A stretch of DNA of 64,000 nucleotides, taken from positions 1,626,662 to 1,690,661 of the forward strand of contig OY759724.1 of the NCBI GenBank assembly GCA_963662715.1, given 5' to 3'. The translations under genes were made by a program, and so were the position numbers. A model generated the notes under the pieces. The model made no database searches. It saw only the letters and a program-made list of their open reading frames with translations, and had not been told where the DNA came from. Of this stretch, positions 63,350 to 64,000 are shown one piece after another (within the stretch, counting starts at the first letter, position 1; every line of letters begins with the position of its first letter). The stretch is from Candidatus Omnitrophota bacterium (lineage in GTDB: Bacteria > Omnitrophota > Gorgyraeia > Zapsychrales > JANLHA01).

Positions 63350-64000
63350 ATGATTATTAGCCGGACGCCATTTAGAATGTCTTTTTTCGGGGGAGGCACG
63401 GATTATCCTGCCTGGTTTGAAAAACATAAAGGGGCTGTGTTAGCCACGACAATTGACAAGTATTGTTATATTACCTGCCGTTATCTTCCTCCTTTTTTTA
63501 ATCATAAATCCCGTATCGTTTATACAAAAACGGAACTTGTACAAAAAGTCTCTGAAATTGACCACCCGGCGGTCCGGGAAATCCTGAAATTCCTCAAGGT
63601 GCATCAAGGGATTGAAATCCATCACGACGGTGATTTGCCGGCCCGGACAGGATTGGGGTCCAGCTCTTCTTTTACTGTGGGCCTTTTAAACAGCCTGTAT
63701 GCTTTAAAGGGGGTTATGCCGACCAAAGAACGTCTGGCCAAAGAAGCTATCTGTATCGAGCAGGAAAAATGCGGGGACAATGTCGGGTGCCAAGACCAGG
63801 TCCTGGCCGCTTACGGCGGTTTTAATTTTATTGAATTTGGTGGGGCGAAACACTTGCAGGTCCGGAGAGTAACTTTTAAACAGGAAAAAGTCAAGGAGCT
63901 GCAGAATCATCTTATGCTTTTCTTTACGGGTTTCTCCCGGATGGCATCAACGATAGCGGCTCATCAGATAAAGAATATCCCTAAAAAGAAATCCGAGCTC
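63350..64000 (+). CDS. GHMP-family sugar kinase (D-glycero-D-manno-heptose 7-phosphate kinase-like), 3' partial - runs off window
   Basis: My own translation from ATG 63350: 'MIISRTPFRMSFFGGGTDYP...PARTGLGSSSSFTVGLL' has a GHMP ATP-binding motif. No stop occurs before position 64000. Confidence 0.8.
   Translation, partial: MIISRTPFRMSFFGGGTDYPAWFEKHKGAVLATTIDKYCYITCRYLPPFFNHKSRIVYTKTELVQKVSEIDHPAVREILKFLKVHQGIEIHHDGDLPARTGLGSSSSFTVGLLNSLYALKGVMPTKERLAKEAICIEQEKCGDNVGCQDQVLAAYGGFNFIEFGGAKHLQVRRVTFKQEKVKELQNHLMLFFTGFSRMASTIAAHQIKNIPKKKSEL

Noticed and set aside
1-64000. CRISPR arrays, tRNA/rRNA genes, insertion sequences, integrases
   Set aside because: No short direct-repeat/spacer periodicity, no tRNA-like T-arm (GTTCGAATC-type) sequences in any intergenic gap, and no transposase/integrase-like ORFs were found. 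The only tandem repetition is at protein-module level inside the Cys-rich gene.

Overview
The 64 kb window is bacterial chromosome. All ~59 credible genes lie on the + strand; every long minus-strand ORF is an antisense shadow of a motif-supported + strand gene. GC is roughly 50%. The organism is probably Gram-negative, given an LptD homologue and an exosortase-type locus; I cannot place it taxonomically from the sequence alone.

The housekeeping blocks are readable directly from protein motifs:
- Purine biosynthesis: purC (3' end), purS-purL fusion, purQ, purM, purD, purE, with a LOG-family gene inserted between purL and purQ.
- A B. subtilis ywl-type neighbourhood: tsaC/Sua5 fused to an LMW phosphatase, then rpiB, glyA, nrdR, a BFN nuclease-family protein (DUF151), a CCA-adding enzyme and a Macro-Nudix fusion.
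- miaA, hflX, hspR-hsp20-clpB.
- A textbook sigma-70 promoter plus CIRCE element in front of hrcA-grpE-dnaK-dnaJ.
- accD, an orphan MalK-like ABC ATPase, two GAF-GGDEF cyclases, a ROK kinase and lptD.
- A nucleotide-sugar cluster: ugd, a second UDP-sugar dehydrogenase, UDP-xylose synthase, a TPP-dependent E1 alpha/beta pair, an SDR epimerase, a B12-binding radical SAM enzyme and a GHMP sugar kinase running off the 3' end.

Three accessory loci stand out.
1. At 14.7-21.5 kb, a secreted 287-aa Gly/Ser/Thr-rich protein is followed by a 1266-aa signal-peptide protein made of about 18 tandem 'CC-x-Y ... CG ... YP(D/E)T ... NP-x-C' modules. I count well over 100 cysteines in it. It has an N-terminal triple 'IRxxHIxELRxAI' repeat and C-terminal EGF/laminin-like 'C[TI]PG[ES]' modules, and it matches no domain family I recognise. 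Immediately downstream and co-directional are an ECF sigma factor, a zf-HC2 anti-sigma factor, a small acidic signal-peptide protein that shares an 'MDIL...L..D' motif with the anti-sigma C-terminus, and a DUF3106 'SPEER'-repeat periplasmic protein.
2. At 21.7-27 kb, a short YtrA-like GntR regulator has a perfect 10+2+10 palindromic operator over its promoter. It is followed by an ABC ATPase, a 12+ TM membrane protein, a B12-binding radical SAM enzyme, a two-TM peptide and a lipoprotein.
3. At 27.2-32.3 kb there is an exosortase-type sorting locus. An HExxH membrane protease candidate and a CPBP/PrsW-type intramembrane protease (EExxK / FxxxE / HxxxD) are followed, with a translationally coupled overlap, by a 148-aa minimal exosortase catalytic core (CSG and NxxR motifs). 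Then comes a 1008-aa protein with an N-terminal polytopic domain of about 10 TM, a VIT-like soluble region, and a C-terminal 'PAPP-TM-RSRR' element that looks like a PEP-CTERM-type sorting signal.

I found no CRISPR array, tRNA, rRNA or obvious mobile element. A GC-rich structured element sits in the AT-rich clpB-downstream intergenic region (39.06-39.18 kb), and a hairpin/terminator-bounded segment at 14.3-14.6 kb could be a small RNA.
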